A stretch of DNA of 64,000 nucleotides from Pseudomonadota bacterium (GTDB taxonomy: Bacteria > Pseudomonadota > Alphaproteobacteria > Caulobacterales > Parvularculaceae), in assembly GCA_036337175.1 (NCBI GenBank), contig JAYZEQ010000008.1:121088-185087 (forward strand), in the 5' to 3' direction. The position numbers were made by a program, and so were the translations under genes. Each line of letters opens with the position of its first letter. The stretch's first letter is position 1. Below, piece by piece: positions 17,849-26,444 of the stretch. The notes beneath the pieces are model-generated. The model was not told the DNA's origin, searched no databases, and saw nothing but the letters and a program-made list of their open reading frames with translations.

Positions 17849-20443
17849 ATGGCGCGTGCGCGGCGCGGATGGGGAGTATTTGCAGCAGCGGCGTTCACCA
17901 TGCTGTGGATGGCCGCCGCGCCGGCTGTGGCGATTTCGGCGACGCCGCGCATCAAGCCTCCGCCTCCCGGTCCCGAATTCGCCGCTCCGTCCGACCTCGT
18001 CCGGCTCGAAAACGTTCAGGATGCGATCTCGAAACGCGACTGGACCCGCGCCCGCGCGCTCGCCCGCGATCTTTCCGATCCCGTCGCCCAGAGCCTTGCG
18101 CAGTGGATGTATTTCTATGCGGAAGATCCGCTCGTCAGCATTCCCGATGTCGACGCCTTCCTCGACGCTCACCCCGACTGGCCGGCGTCCACCAAGATCC
18201 AGCTTCATGCCGAGAAGCGGATGGCGTCGAACCTTTCCCCCGAAATCGTCCTTGCGTTTTTCGATACGCGCGATCCGATCAGCGGCGAAGGATCTCTGGC
18301 GCTCGCCCGCGCGCAGTTCGCGACCGGCGCACGCGAGGCGGCGGAACTGAGGCTGCGCGAAGCCTGGGTGAACCAGAACTTCACCGTCGGCGACGAGCAG
18401 AGGCTTTTGTCCCAGTACGGCCGGCTGTTCACGCCTGAAGATCATGCGGCGCGCGTCGATCGCCTGTTATGGTCGCGCGAGGTGACGGCGGCGCGACGGG
18501 TGTTTTCGCGCCTCACCTCCAGCGAACGGCGCAAGGCGGAAGCGCGCGCCGCCCTGTTGCTCGGCGCCGCCAGCGGACCGGAGCTTTACCGCGGGCTCGA
18601 CGACGAAGATCGCGCCGATCCCGGCGTCATGCTCGCCGCCGTCCGCTATTATCGCCGCACCGATTCCGAACCGATCGCCGTGATGATCGCCCGCCAGGCG
18701 TCGGGCGACCCCGCTCTCCTGCGCAATCCGTCGCGCTGGTGGGAGGAGCGCCAGCTCTTGATGCGCTGGGCGCTGACAGAAGGTCAGTATGCGGACGCCT
18801 ACGCCATGGCCGCCGGCCACGGGCTTGAGCCGGGCGGCAACGATTTCGCCGAAGCCGAATTCGACGCCGGCTGGATCGCGCTGCGTTTCCTCAACGCGCC
18901 GGAACGGGCGGAGACGCATTTTTCCGCCCTCGCCGCCAGCGTCAGCGCGCCGATCTCGCTGTCGCGCGCGTTCTACTGGCTCGCCCGCGCCGCGGAAGCG
19001 CGCGGCGAAGCCGACATCGCGAAAGCCCGCTACGGCCAGGCGGCGGAATTCATCTACACTTATTACGGCCAGCTCGCGGCCGAGAAGCTCGGCGGGGCGG
19101 CGGCGGCGCGGGGCTTCGCCCCGCCGATCACCCCGACGCCGGAGGAAGTCGCGCGCTTCGAGGCGCGCCCCACCGTCGCCGCCCTGCGGATTCTTTCCGA
19201 TCTCAAGGCCGACCAGCCGTTCCTGATCTTCGCCTATCAGGTCGACGACCAGCTCGACTCCGCGGGCGAATATGTGGAGCTGATGCGGCTCGCCGAGCGC
19301 CTCGGCGCCACGCATGTGACGGTCAGGGCCGGCAAGGTCGGCATCGGCCGCGGCGCCTTCGCGCCGGAAGTCGCCTATCCGCTCATCGCCGTGCCGGCGG
19401 AAGCGGCGCGCTTCGTTTCGCCCGAATTCATTCTCGGTCTCGCGCGCCAGGAGAGCGAGTTCAACCCCCGCGCCTTCTCGCACGCCGGCGCGCGCGGCCT
19501 GATGCAGCTTATTCCGTCCACGGCGCAGCTCACGGCGCGCAAGGAAAAGCTCCGCTACGACCGCAATGCGCTGCTCAACGATCCGTTCTACAACATGATC
19601 ATCGGCTCGGCGCACCTGTCGCATCTGATGGAGCGCTTCAACGGCTCGCTGGTGATGACCTTCGCCGCCTACAACGCCGGCGTGAACCGCGTCGATCAAT
19701 GGGTCGGACGCTATGGCGATCCGCGCAGTCCCGAGGTCGATCCGATAGACTGGGTCGAGCAGATCCCCTTCTCGGAAACACGCAACTATGTGCAGCGCGT
19801 GCTCGAAAACGCACAGGTCTATCGAAGCCGTCTCTCGGACAGCGCCATCGCCGGCCGTCTCGCGGCGGACATCGAGATCGGCGGGCCGCGCGGACGCGCC
19901 GGGGCGCTCGCCGCCATCGGCGACGGCGGCGCGTCGCTGCCGCCGATTTCCGACCGCATCCTGCGCATCGCAGCCACCGGGCCGCATCTGCCGCCGCCGG
20001 AAACCGCCGTCGCCGACACCGCGCCGGCTGCGAATGACGGCGTTCTCGCCCAGCCGCCGGCGCGCGGACAAAAACGACCGGGGCGCGACACGCCAGCGAA
20101 AGAAAAGCCCGCGCCGAAACCGGCTTCAAAGACCAAGACCGTCCCAGCCGCGGGCGCCAAACCCATCGCCGGCGATGCGGCAGTCGACTCCGGCGAAACG
20201 CCGGCCGCGATCCTCAACGCGGAGATCCTGGCTGAACGCGCCGCGGACGAGGCGGAAGCAGAAGGCGCGCCGGCGGGCGACAGCGTTCCCATGCTCGGCG
20301 CGCTGGTCGAGCCGGAAGTCACCGCCGAAGAGTGCAAGAGTTACCGCGACTACATCGCCGAGACGGACAAGCAGGAAGCCTCAGCCGACGATCTCAACGC
20401 CGGCATGCGCGCCGAACTGGCGAGCGGCGGGCCGAGCTGCTAG
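17849..20443 (+). CDS. Soluble lytic murein transglycosylase (Slt70-like) with long C-terminal extension
   Basis: Signal peptide; helical superhelix; ARQESEF, GARGLMQLIPSTA, AYNAG, ETRNYVQRV. Confidence 0.9.
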   Translation: MARARRGWGVFAAAAFTMLWMAAAPAVAISATPRIKPPPPGPEFAAPSDLVRLENVQDAISKRDWTRARALARDLSDPVAQSLAQWMYFYAEDPLVSIPDVDAFLDAHPDWPASTKIQLHAEKRMASNLSPEIVLAFFDTRDPISGEGSLALARAQFATGAREAAELRLREAWVNQNFTVGDEQRLLSQYGRLFTPEDHAARVDRLLWSREVTAARRVFSRLTSSERRKAEARAALLLGAASGPELYRGLDDEDRADPGVMLAAVRYYRRTDSEPIAVMIARQASGDPALLRNPSRWWEERQLLMRWALTEGQYADAYAMAAGHGLEPGGNDFAEAEFDAGWIALRFLNAPERAETHFSALAASVSAPISLSRAFYWLARAAEARGEADIAKARYGQAAEFIYTYYGQLAAEKLGGAAAARGFAPPITPTPEEVARFEARPTVAALRILSDLKADQPFLIFAYQVDDQLDSAGEYVELMRLAERLGATHVTVRAGKVGIGRGAFAPEVAYPLIAVPAEAARFVSPEFILGLARQESEFNPRAFSHAGARGLMQLIPSTAQLTARKEKLRYDRNALLNDPFYNMIIGSAHLSHLMERFNGSLVMTFAAYNAGVNRVDQWVGRYGDPRSPEVDPIDWVEQIPFSETRNYVQRVLENAQVYRSRLSDSAIAGRLAADIEIGGPRGRAGALAAIGDGGASLPPISDRILRIAATGPHLPPPETAVADTAPAANDGVLAQPPARGQKRPGRDTPAKEKPAPKPASKTKTVPAAGAKPIAGDAAVDSGETPAAILNAEILAERAADEAEAEGAPAGDSVPMLGALVEPEVTAEECKSYRDYIAETDKQEASADDLNAGMRAELASGGPSC

Positions 20444-20567
20444 CCGGGCCCGCGGGCCGCAGTCGGGCGATCTTTTTCGGATTTCCTCGGGCGCAAGCCT
20501 TGCCTTCGCCGCTAAATGCCGACATTTTCCCGCCCTCCGGAGACGGGCGCGCCCGCCTCCGGCGCGC

Positions 20568-20659
20568 GGAGACGTGGCCGAGTGGCTGAAGGCAACGGTT
20601 TGCTAAATCGTCATACCTGGAAACGGGTATCGAGGGTTCGAATCCCTCCGTCTCCGCCA
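20568..20659 (+). tRNA. tRNA-Ser (GCT)
   Basis: Acceptor GGAGACG/CGTCTCC+GCCA, D arm TGGCCGAGTGGCTGAAGGC, anticodon loop TTGCTAA, long variable arm, GGTTCGAATCC. Confidence 0.96.
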
Positions 20660-20729
20660 GCTTCGCTTTAATTTGCAGAACGCAAGCCCGCAGTTCCGAT
20701 GAACGCCGGCGCATGCATGAGCGGAAGTT

Positions 20730-21014
20730 TCAGCCGTGCAGCCTGGGCCGGTGGGTCGAGAGATATTCCCGCGCCAGTCGCTGGGCCTCGGCGATCTCGT
20801 CCGGCGTCATTTCCTTCGACAGCTCGGCGCGGTAGGCGCGCGCTTCGAGATTGCCCTGCATGGCGGCGAGATTGAACCATTTGTGCGCGTTGATCAGATC
20901 AAACGATCCGTCGTCGCCCCCCGTCGAGGCGGCGAGCCCCAGACGATACATTTCTTCCCCGCTCAGGATCGGTTCAGCCGAGATCAGAGCTTCGGCCTGA
21001 ATCGAAATAGACAT
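20730..21014 (-). CDS. Small Sel1-like repeat protein
   Basis: MYRLGLAASTG...DLINAHKWFNLAAMQG..EA...R..L..EMTPDEIAEAQRLAR. Confidence 0.85.
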   Translation of the reverse strand: MSISIQAEALISAEPILSGEEMYRLGLAASTGGDDGSFDLINAHKWFNLAAMQGNLEARAYRAELSKEMTPDEIAEAQRLAREYLSTHRPRLHG

Positions 21015-21062
21015 GTCGCGACCTCTCATTGTTCCCCCCGTCGCGTTCGAAAGACGCCGGGC

Positions 21063-21108
21063 TTAACCATGAAGAGGATGTAAGGGCTTAGACTAACATC
21101 CCGTAAAC
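21063..21108. promoter_or_regulatory. Putative CtrA-type sites upstream of the Sel1 gene
   Basis: TTAACCAT (21063-21070) and CTAA-N7-TAAAC (21093-21108) against consensus TTAA-N7-TTAAC. Confidence 0.4.
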
Positions 21109-21224
21109 GACAGATTACCCAAGTGTTGACGCCGCAGTAGCGACTCGTTAACCGGCGCGCGCCGCGCCGTTTCAGGAATTATCCGTGCAGGGATAAACCA
21201 TCCGCGACGAGAAACCCGCCGCCT

Positions 21225-22772
21225 TTATCGGGGAGAGCGCGCTCTGGCGCACCAACGGTCGTAGTCCGGTCCGTCTGGGTCGATTGCGGCGATGGTCCAG
21301 TTGGTCATGCGCCGTTTTCCCGCCAGCGGGCGCGTCAGGCTTACGACCGAAGACGCTTGCGCCTCGCCAATGCCGGCGGAGAGAGTTTCCGGCGCGGCGG
21401 GCCCGAGGTCAAGCGACCAGACGAAAAAGCACTCGGCGCTCTTCGCCCGCGGCGGCGCATAGGCCGGCAGGCTGGCGTAAAGCACGCGCGCCGCGGGAAA
21501 CAGCCGCCGGAGATTGCCCGCCGTCGTTTCGTCGAAGGCGACCAGGGTTCCCTCGCCGCCGAAACCGCGCGCCAGAAGCCCGTCTCGCACCGGTTCGAAA
21601 TCCACGAACTGGCGGCAGTCGTCGCAGAAAGGCGGACCGGGGCGAAACACCGTGACCGCCTTAAAGCCAAGACAGAACAAGGCGAACGAAGCGGCGCAAG
21701 CGACGAGAATTTTGGCGTTCGCCCGGCGCGCGTCAGAGTCCTTGAGCGCCGCCGTCAGAACGAACATCGCCGGATAGAGGAAGGGAATGACGTAGCGGTC
21801 CTCCATCCGCTCCATGCCGATGACGGCGACGGCCGCGAGAAGGCCCGCGGCGCCGATCAGCGCCGCGTCGCGCGCGACCTTCAGGACGGGCACCGGGCGC
21901 GCCGCCAGCCTGCCCGCGTCCTTGCGGAGCAGGACCGCCGCCACGAGGCCGAACGGCAGGAAGAAGGCGATCATCACGCCGGCGGCGTTGGGCAGCCCCT
22001 CCGCGACGCGCCGCCAGTGCGGCTCGGCCCCGCCGCCGGACAACCGGGCGGCCATGATGTCCGCTGCCCCGGCGTTGTGGGCCATGAGCCAGTACGCGTG
22101 CGGCGCGAAGATCGCGGCGGCGAGGACGAAGGACAGAACGAGGCGCGGATCGGCGAGAAGCCGGCGGCCTTCGCGCTGCAAGGCGAGCGCCGCGAAGGCG
22201 GCGAAGGCGGCGCCGGCGAAGGAATATTTCGCCAGCACGCCGACTCCGAGCGCCAGGCCGAGCAACGCGTAGCCGGCTGTCGTCCTTGCACGGAATAGGC
22301 GCGCCAGCGCGAACCAGAACAACGAAACGGCGGCGATGAGCGCCGTCGTGTGCGTGTAAGCCTGATGGAAATTCCAACCGAACTGAAACAGCAGCAGCAG
22401 CGACAGCGCCGACAGGAACGCCCATCGCCGGTCGGCGAGCATCTCTTTCGCCGCCAGATAGGCGAATGCGCCGAGCGCGCCGAAGAAGAACGACTTCGTC
22501 AACGCGAACCCGAGCGGTCCAAAGCCGGCGGCGTGCTGGGCGACGATCAGCGTCCACTCGAACAGGGGCGGGTTCGACGGCAGATAACCGCGCTGGAAGG
22601 ATTGCGCGACGACGTTGAGCTTGGCGTCGTCAAGCGCGAGGACAGGACCGGCGAGCCGCGCGATGACGGCGTGCGCCATCGCGAAGGCCGTGAACAGCAG
22701 CGCCGCGGCGAACGCCGTCGCCCGACCGCCGGCGCCGCGGGCCGACGCCCCTGATCGCGCTGGGGCGCCCAT
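21225..22772 (-). CDS. GT-C fold glycosyltransferase (GT39/ArnT/PMT-like)
   Basis: Polytopic; LDDAK loop, NPPLFEW, GVLAKYS, PH.YWL. Confidence 0.75.
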   Translation of the reverse strand: MGAPARSGASARGAGGRATAFAAALLFTAFAMAHAVIARLAGPVLALDDAKLNVVAQSFQRGYLPSNPPLFEWTLIVAQHAAGFGPLGFALTKSFFFGALGAFAYLAAKEMLADRRWAFLSALSLLLLFQFGWNFHQAYTHTTALIAAVSLFWFALARLFRARTTAGYALLGLALGVGVLAKYSFAGAAFAAFAALALQREGRRLLADPRLVLSFVLAAAIFAPHAYWLMAHNAGAADIMAARLSGGGAEPHWRRVAEGLPNAAGVMIAFFLPFGLVAAVLLRKDAGRLAARPVPVLKVARDAALIGAAGLLAAVAVIGMERMEDRYVIPFLYPAMFVLTAALKDSDARRANAKILVACAASFALFCLGFKAVTVFRPGPPFCDDCRQFVDFEPVRDGLLARGFGGEGTLVAFDETTAGNLRRLFPAARVLYASLPAYAPPRAKSAECFFVWSLDLGPAAPETLSAGIGEAQASSVVSLTRPLAGKRRMTNWTIAAIDPDGPDYDRWCARARSPR

Positions 22773-22781
22773 CGACCGCGT

Positions 22782-23189
22782 TTATTCCGCAGCTTCCGAT
22801 TTAGGCTCAAGCTCCTCGAACACGCCGAGCGAACAGGTGCCGTTGATGAAACCGCTGCTGTCGACGACGTTGATGATGTCGATTGAGCAGAGCTGCGCCG
22901 TCGACACCCTGTATTCGAAGCGGTTGGAGGCGAGCGTCGCGCCGTTGCAGCGGCCCTTCACCTTGTTGACGTAATAGTCGTTGACGCCGGTGCGGAACAG
23001 CAGCGTGTTCTCGTCCACCGCCGTCATCTGGCTGATGCGCGAGGTGCTGATGCAGCGTTCGGTCTTGCCGGTCGGCTGATGTTCGGCGAGGGTTTGGGCG
23101 GCGGCCTTGTTCACCCGCTCGCTGCCCGCCGTCGTCGCGCAGGCGGCGGCCGCGACGGCGGCGACGCCCACAACCATGAATTTGCGCAT
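22782..23189 (-). CDS. Hypothetical lipoprotein (DUF6491-like)
   Basis: Lipobox AAAAC; GAGGAG RBS; four Cys, RCI...I....VDENTLLF, LCSIDII...G.CSLG.FE. Confidence 0.75.
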   Translation of the reverse strand: MRKFMVVGVAAVAAAACATTAGSERVNKAAAQTLAEHQPTGKTERCISTSRISQMTAVDENTLLFRTGVNDYYVNKVKGRCNGATLASNRFEYRVSTAQLCSIDIINVVDSSGFINGTCSLGVFEELEPKSEAAE

Positions 23190-23284
23190 GATGGTTCTCC
23201 TCATTCCCGTCATGACGCGCGCCCCAGCCCGCACGCGGTCCGTACGACAACGACTATATGTCGGCTTTCTTCCTGCGCCCAAGC

Positions 23285-23326
23285 CTAAAATCCGCGTGAT
23301 CGGGCCGGGAGGCGGCGGAAGATCAT
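23285..23326 (-). pseudogene. Decayed N-terminal remnant of an array paralogue (MIFRRL..., 13 aa)
   Basis: CGGCGCGG-ATGATCTTCCGCCGCCTC matches the junction of the first array gene at 24/26 nt. Confidence 0.5.
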
Positions 23327-23370
23327 CCGCGCCGTCCCTCCCCTTCAAGAACCTCAAGCACGCGCTCCAA

Positions 23371-23442
23371 CTAAATCTGATCGCCCACCCCGGCGGTCCG
23401 GTTCTGCGCTTTCATATGCTCTATGACGCGGCGAAGGAGCAT
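23371..23442 (-). pseudogene. Truncated sixth array paralogue (MLLRRVIEHMKAQNRTAGVGDQI*)
   Basis: First 17 codons match the array N-terminus; TAATG overlap with the upstream paralogue; stops before the TM helix. Confidence 0.75.
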
Positions 23443-24152
23443 TACGGTTCCTCTCCGCTCAACGGTAACGTGATCAGGGAATTGTTTTTAATGGAGTCAT
23501 CTGAACGCAAGCAGCTTTGCTCAGGCCGCTCGCCGGACGCGAGGCGTCGCGTTAAGCAAGCCGCCCACTCGGATAGCCGCAAAATTTCACCGCGATGCTC
23601 GCGCAAGCGTTCCATGCTCGCCAGATACTCGGGTTTTAGCTGCGCGCCATCCGGCGTATAAAAATGGAACGGGTCAGCCTTTTCGTAAGGCAATATTTCG
23701 TCCTCAACAAAGCGCACATAGCGGATGTATTTCCGCCCGACGCCGTCGAGTTCCGAATAATAAAAGTTCAGGTCGAAGATCATGACCGGATCAAACAGCC
23801 CGGCGATGTCCATCTGTTGCAGGACGGTCCATGTATTCGGCGCCGTGTCGGAGCCTTCGATCCTGAAATAGAACGGCGCCGGATGTTCGCCGCGTGCGCG
23901 CGCGGCTTCCCAGGAGGCGAGGCCGTCACTGATGGCGCGCGCCTGCCTGTTCTCCTGGACATAGACCGCATCCTTAAGGTCGGTGACAAGCGCGGCGATG
24001 ATTTCCGTTTTACGGGCGTTGGCCGCCCGCATTTCATTCCAGTTCGCGACCTGAATGCCGATGAAGACGCCGACGACGACGATGACGAAGTCGAGCGCGA
24101 CGGCGGTCCAGTTCTGCGCTTTCACATGCTCGACGACGCGGCGGAGGATCAT
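23442..24152 (-). CDS. Array paralogue E, single N-terminal TM protein (DUF6090-like), 236 aa
   Basis: MILRRVVEHVKAQNWTAVALDFVIVVVGVFIGIQVANWN; ATGA overlap. Confidence 0.85.
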   Translation of the reverse strand: MILRRVVEHVKAQNWTAVALDFVIVVVGVFIGIQVANWNEMRAANARKTEIIAALVTDLKDAVYVQENRQARAISDGLASWEAARARGEHPAPFYFRIEGSDTAPNTWTVLQQMDIAGLFDPVMIFDLNFYYSELDGVGRKYIRYVRFVEDEILPYEKADPFHFYTPDGAQLKPEYLASMERLREHRGEILRLSEWAACLTRRLASGERPEQSCLRSDDSIKNNSLITLPLSGEEP

Positions 24153-24916
24153 CGTTTGGCCTCCATGAGCGCGATCAGCGCACGCGCGCGTTCAAGGTCG
24201 AATTCGGCGAGCTCCGTCGCGACCCTTTGCGTGTCAACCCAATAGCGAAGGGCGTGGATGAGCGGCGCGTCAGAAGCCAGTTGTTGCAGTATGCCCGCGA
24301 TGTCTGACCCCCCCGGCGGCGCCGGACAAGCAATGAATTCCTGCACGCCGGCTTCCTGTCTGAAACAGTTCAGCCAGTAATAACGCATGATGTCGGAGCG
24401 TATGCGCCCACGAACCATTTCCCGATATTTCGGCATCAGCGAGTAGTGACCGCCGCCGCCCCGCCGCGCGATGGTGGCGACATAGTAATCGGCGAGCGCG
24501 CTTTGCAGTTCCGCATCGGCGATCAGCCCCAGCTCGCCGGCGCTGCGCAATTCCGAATAGGTGGTGTCGACGAAATTGAACGTCCATGACTGGCTCGCAT
24601 GCAGGAACGAGCGCAGGATTTCCCAGTCCGTCGCGCCATTGGTCTCGCCGATTTCGGCGTATTCGATGGCGGCGTATCCTTCGACGGCGACTCTTTGCCA
24701 GACGTCCTTGTGGCGTTGCAGCTCATGCATGTCGCTCTCCAGGTCGGTGCGGATGCGCGACAGATAATTCTCGGATCGCCGGTGGTCCGCCCGGGCGTCA
24801 TTCCAGTTCGCGACCTGAATGCCGATGAAGACGCCCATGACGACAATGACGAAGTCGAGCGCGATCGCTGTCCAGTTTTGATGTTTCACATGCTCAATGA
24901 CGCGGCGGAGGATCAT
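24149..24916 (-). CDS. Array paralogue D (DUF6090-like), 255 aa
   Basis: Same N-terminal module; TTYSELRSAGELGLI motif. Confidence 0.85.
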   Translation of the reverse strand: MILRRVIEHVKHQNWTAIALDFVIVVMGVFIGIQVANWNDARADHRRSENYLSRIRTDLESDMHELQRHKDVWQRVAVEGYAAIEYAEIGETNGATDWEILRSFLHASQSWTFNFVDTTYSELRSAGELGLIADAELQSALADYYVATIARRGGGGHYSLMPKYREMVRGRIRSDIMRYYWLNCFRQEAGVQEFIACPAPPGGSDIAGILQQLASDAPLIHALRYWVDTQRVATELAEFDLERARALIALMEAKR

Positions 24917-25680
24917 TTGCGGCGCTCCAGTTCGGCGTCGATCGCTGAAATGGCGCGCATTGCAGCGTCGTTTTGGTCGTCGAGCTCGCCCGCCGTCGGC
25001 GTAATTTCGCTGAACCAGAAGGTCAGATACGGCCTTGTATCCGGATGGCGGATGATGGCGTCTACGGCTTGCGCGGCCGCCGCGTTCGAGAGTGCGGGCG
25101 GGCAGTCATCGAACTTGATCGTCTCAATCCCGTCTATCAAATCGTAGCAAGTCGTCCAGTAAGCTTCGTGCGCGGCGGCGGGGATTAATCCGCGCACATG
25201 CGCGCGATAGGCGGGAGGATCCGCAAGGACGATCATCGTGATGTAATTCTGCGACAGATAGGCCTCAACGAGAGAGACGATTTCTCGTGATCGCGGCAAT
25301 CCCTGACGCCGCATCTCGTCAAAGGTCGTTCGGTCGACATTGACCGGCTGCCACTGAGAGGCGTGGAAAAAATCGGCGAGCACGGGCCAGCAGGCGTCGC
25401 CGCAATCACCGCCGCTATCCATGAATTCGATGGAACGCTTCGCCGCCGCATGAACATCAGCGTGAAACTTGTTCAGATATTCTGCGTGCCTCACCGATTC
25501 GCTAATTTCGACTTTGAGCTCCGCCAGCAATTCTCTTTCTCTGGCGTTGTCGGCGCGCGCCGCGTTCCAGTTCGAAACCTGAATACCGATGAAAACGCCG
25601 ACCACGACGATCAGGAAATCCAGCGCAACCGCTGTCCAGTTCTGGGCTTTCACATGGTCGATAACGCGGCGGAGGATCAT
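24913..25680 (-). CDS. Array paralogue C (DUF6090-like), 255 aa
   Basis: Same N-terminal module; TTFDEMRRQGL motif. Confidence 0.85.
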   Translation of the reverse strand: MILRRVIDHVKAQNWTAVALDFLIVVVGVFIGIQVSNWNAARADNARERELLAELKVEISESVRHAEYLNKFHADVHAAAKRSIEFMDSGGDCGDACWPVLADFFHASQWQPVNVDRTTFDEMRRQGLPRSREIVSLVEAYLSQNYITMIVLADPPAYRAHVRGLIPAAAHEAYWTTCYDLIDGIETIKFDDCPPALSNAAAAQAVDAIIRHPDTRPYLTFWFSEITPTAGELDDQNDAAMRAISAIDAELERRK

Positions 25681-26444
25681 GGCGAAACTCCGAGTTCAGC
25701 CTGCCGCTCTCTGATGAGCTCGGCGATCTTGCGGTAGCGCTCTAGAATAAGATGCAAACTGTCGAGGCGCGTTTGCGTAAAGATCGAGCGATAAAGCACC
25801 GCGTTGCTGAACCGCGCCGACTTCATCGAGGCCGGCGCACTCATCGCTGGTCGGGCTTTCGTCAACCAGGGAAGTCGCTTCCGGCCCTGCATGTCATCAA
25901 GCAGGAACGCCGCTCCCATATCGAAGTCTTCGATCAGAATAGGATCTGAAAAAAGATAGGTGACTTCTTCTTCGTCATTCTGGCTGGTGATCGCCTCATC
26001 GAGCTGGGCGGACAGCGCCTGCAGGCCGGAGACGAGTTTGGCGCTGCGGATCGTGCCGAGGCGGCCCGAACTCTTAAGCGATTCAAACGTGGTCTGATTA
26101 ATCGACAGGCGCGGCAACTGGAATAGCCCGTGATAGACAAGGCGATCTCTCTCCTCCGGTTCAAGGACGGCCGCCGGGTCGATCGAGTAGTTGTAAAGCG
26201 CTGCGCGAACTTCCTGCTGCCGGTTCATATCTCCGATCGTGGTCTCAAGACTGTCGATCGAGAAGGCGGTATCCTCGCCGAGGGCCTCGAGATAAGTGAT
26301 TTCATCCGCCCGGTCGCCGCGCGCTTCGTTCCAGTTGTTGACCTGCAAACCGACGAAAACGCCGACAACGACAATGACAAAGTCGAGCGCCACCGCGGTC
26401 CAGTTCTGCGCCTTCACATGCTCGATGACGCGGCGGAGGATCAT
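25677..26444 (-). CDS. Array paralogue B (DUF6090-like), 255 aa
   Basis: Same N-terminal module; TTFESLKSSGRLGTI motif. Confidence 0.85.
   Translation of the reverse strand: MILRRVIEHVKAQNWTAVALDFVIVVVGVFVGLQVNNWNEARGDRADEITYLEALGEDTAFSIDSLETTIGDMNRQQEVRAALYNYSIDPAAVLEPEERDRLVYHGLFQLPRLSINQTTFESLKSSGRLGTIRSAKLVSGLQALSAQLDEAITSQNDEEEVTYLFSDPILIEDFDMGAAFLLDDMQGRKRLPWLTKARPAMSAPASMKSARFSNAVLYRSIFTQTRLDSLHLILERYRKIAELIRERQAELGVSP

Noticed and set aside
20538-20563. GC hairpin before tRNA-Ser containing a GGAGACG copy
   Set aside because: The 7-nt match is expected by chance; no U tract; probably an ordinary stem or processing leader
20568-20659. tRNA-Ser as an island integration site
   Set aside because: No duplicated tRNA 3' end or integrase spotted in the window; flanking genes look resident
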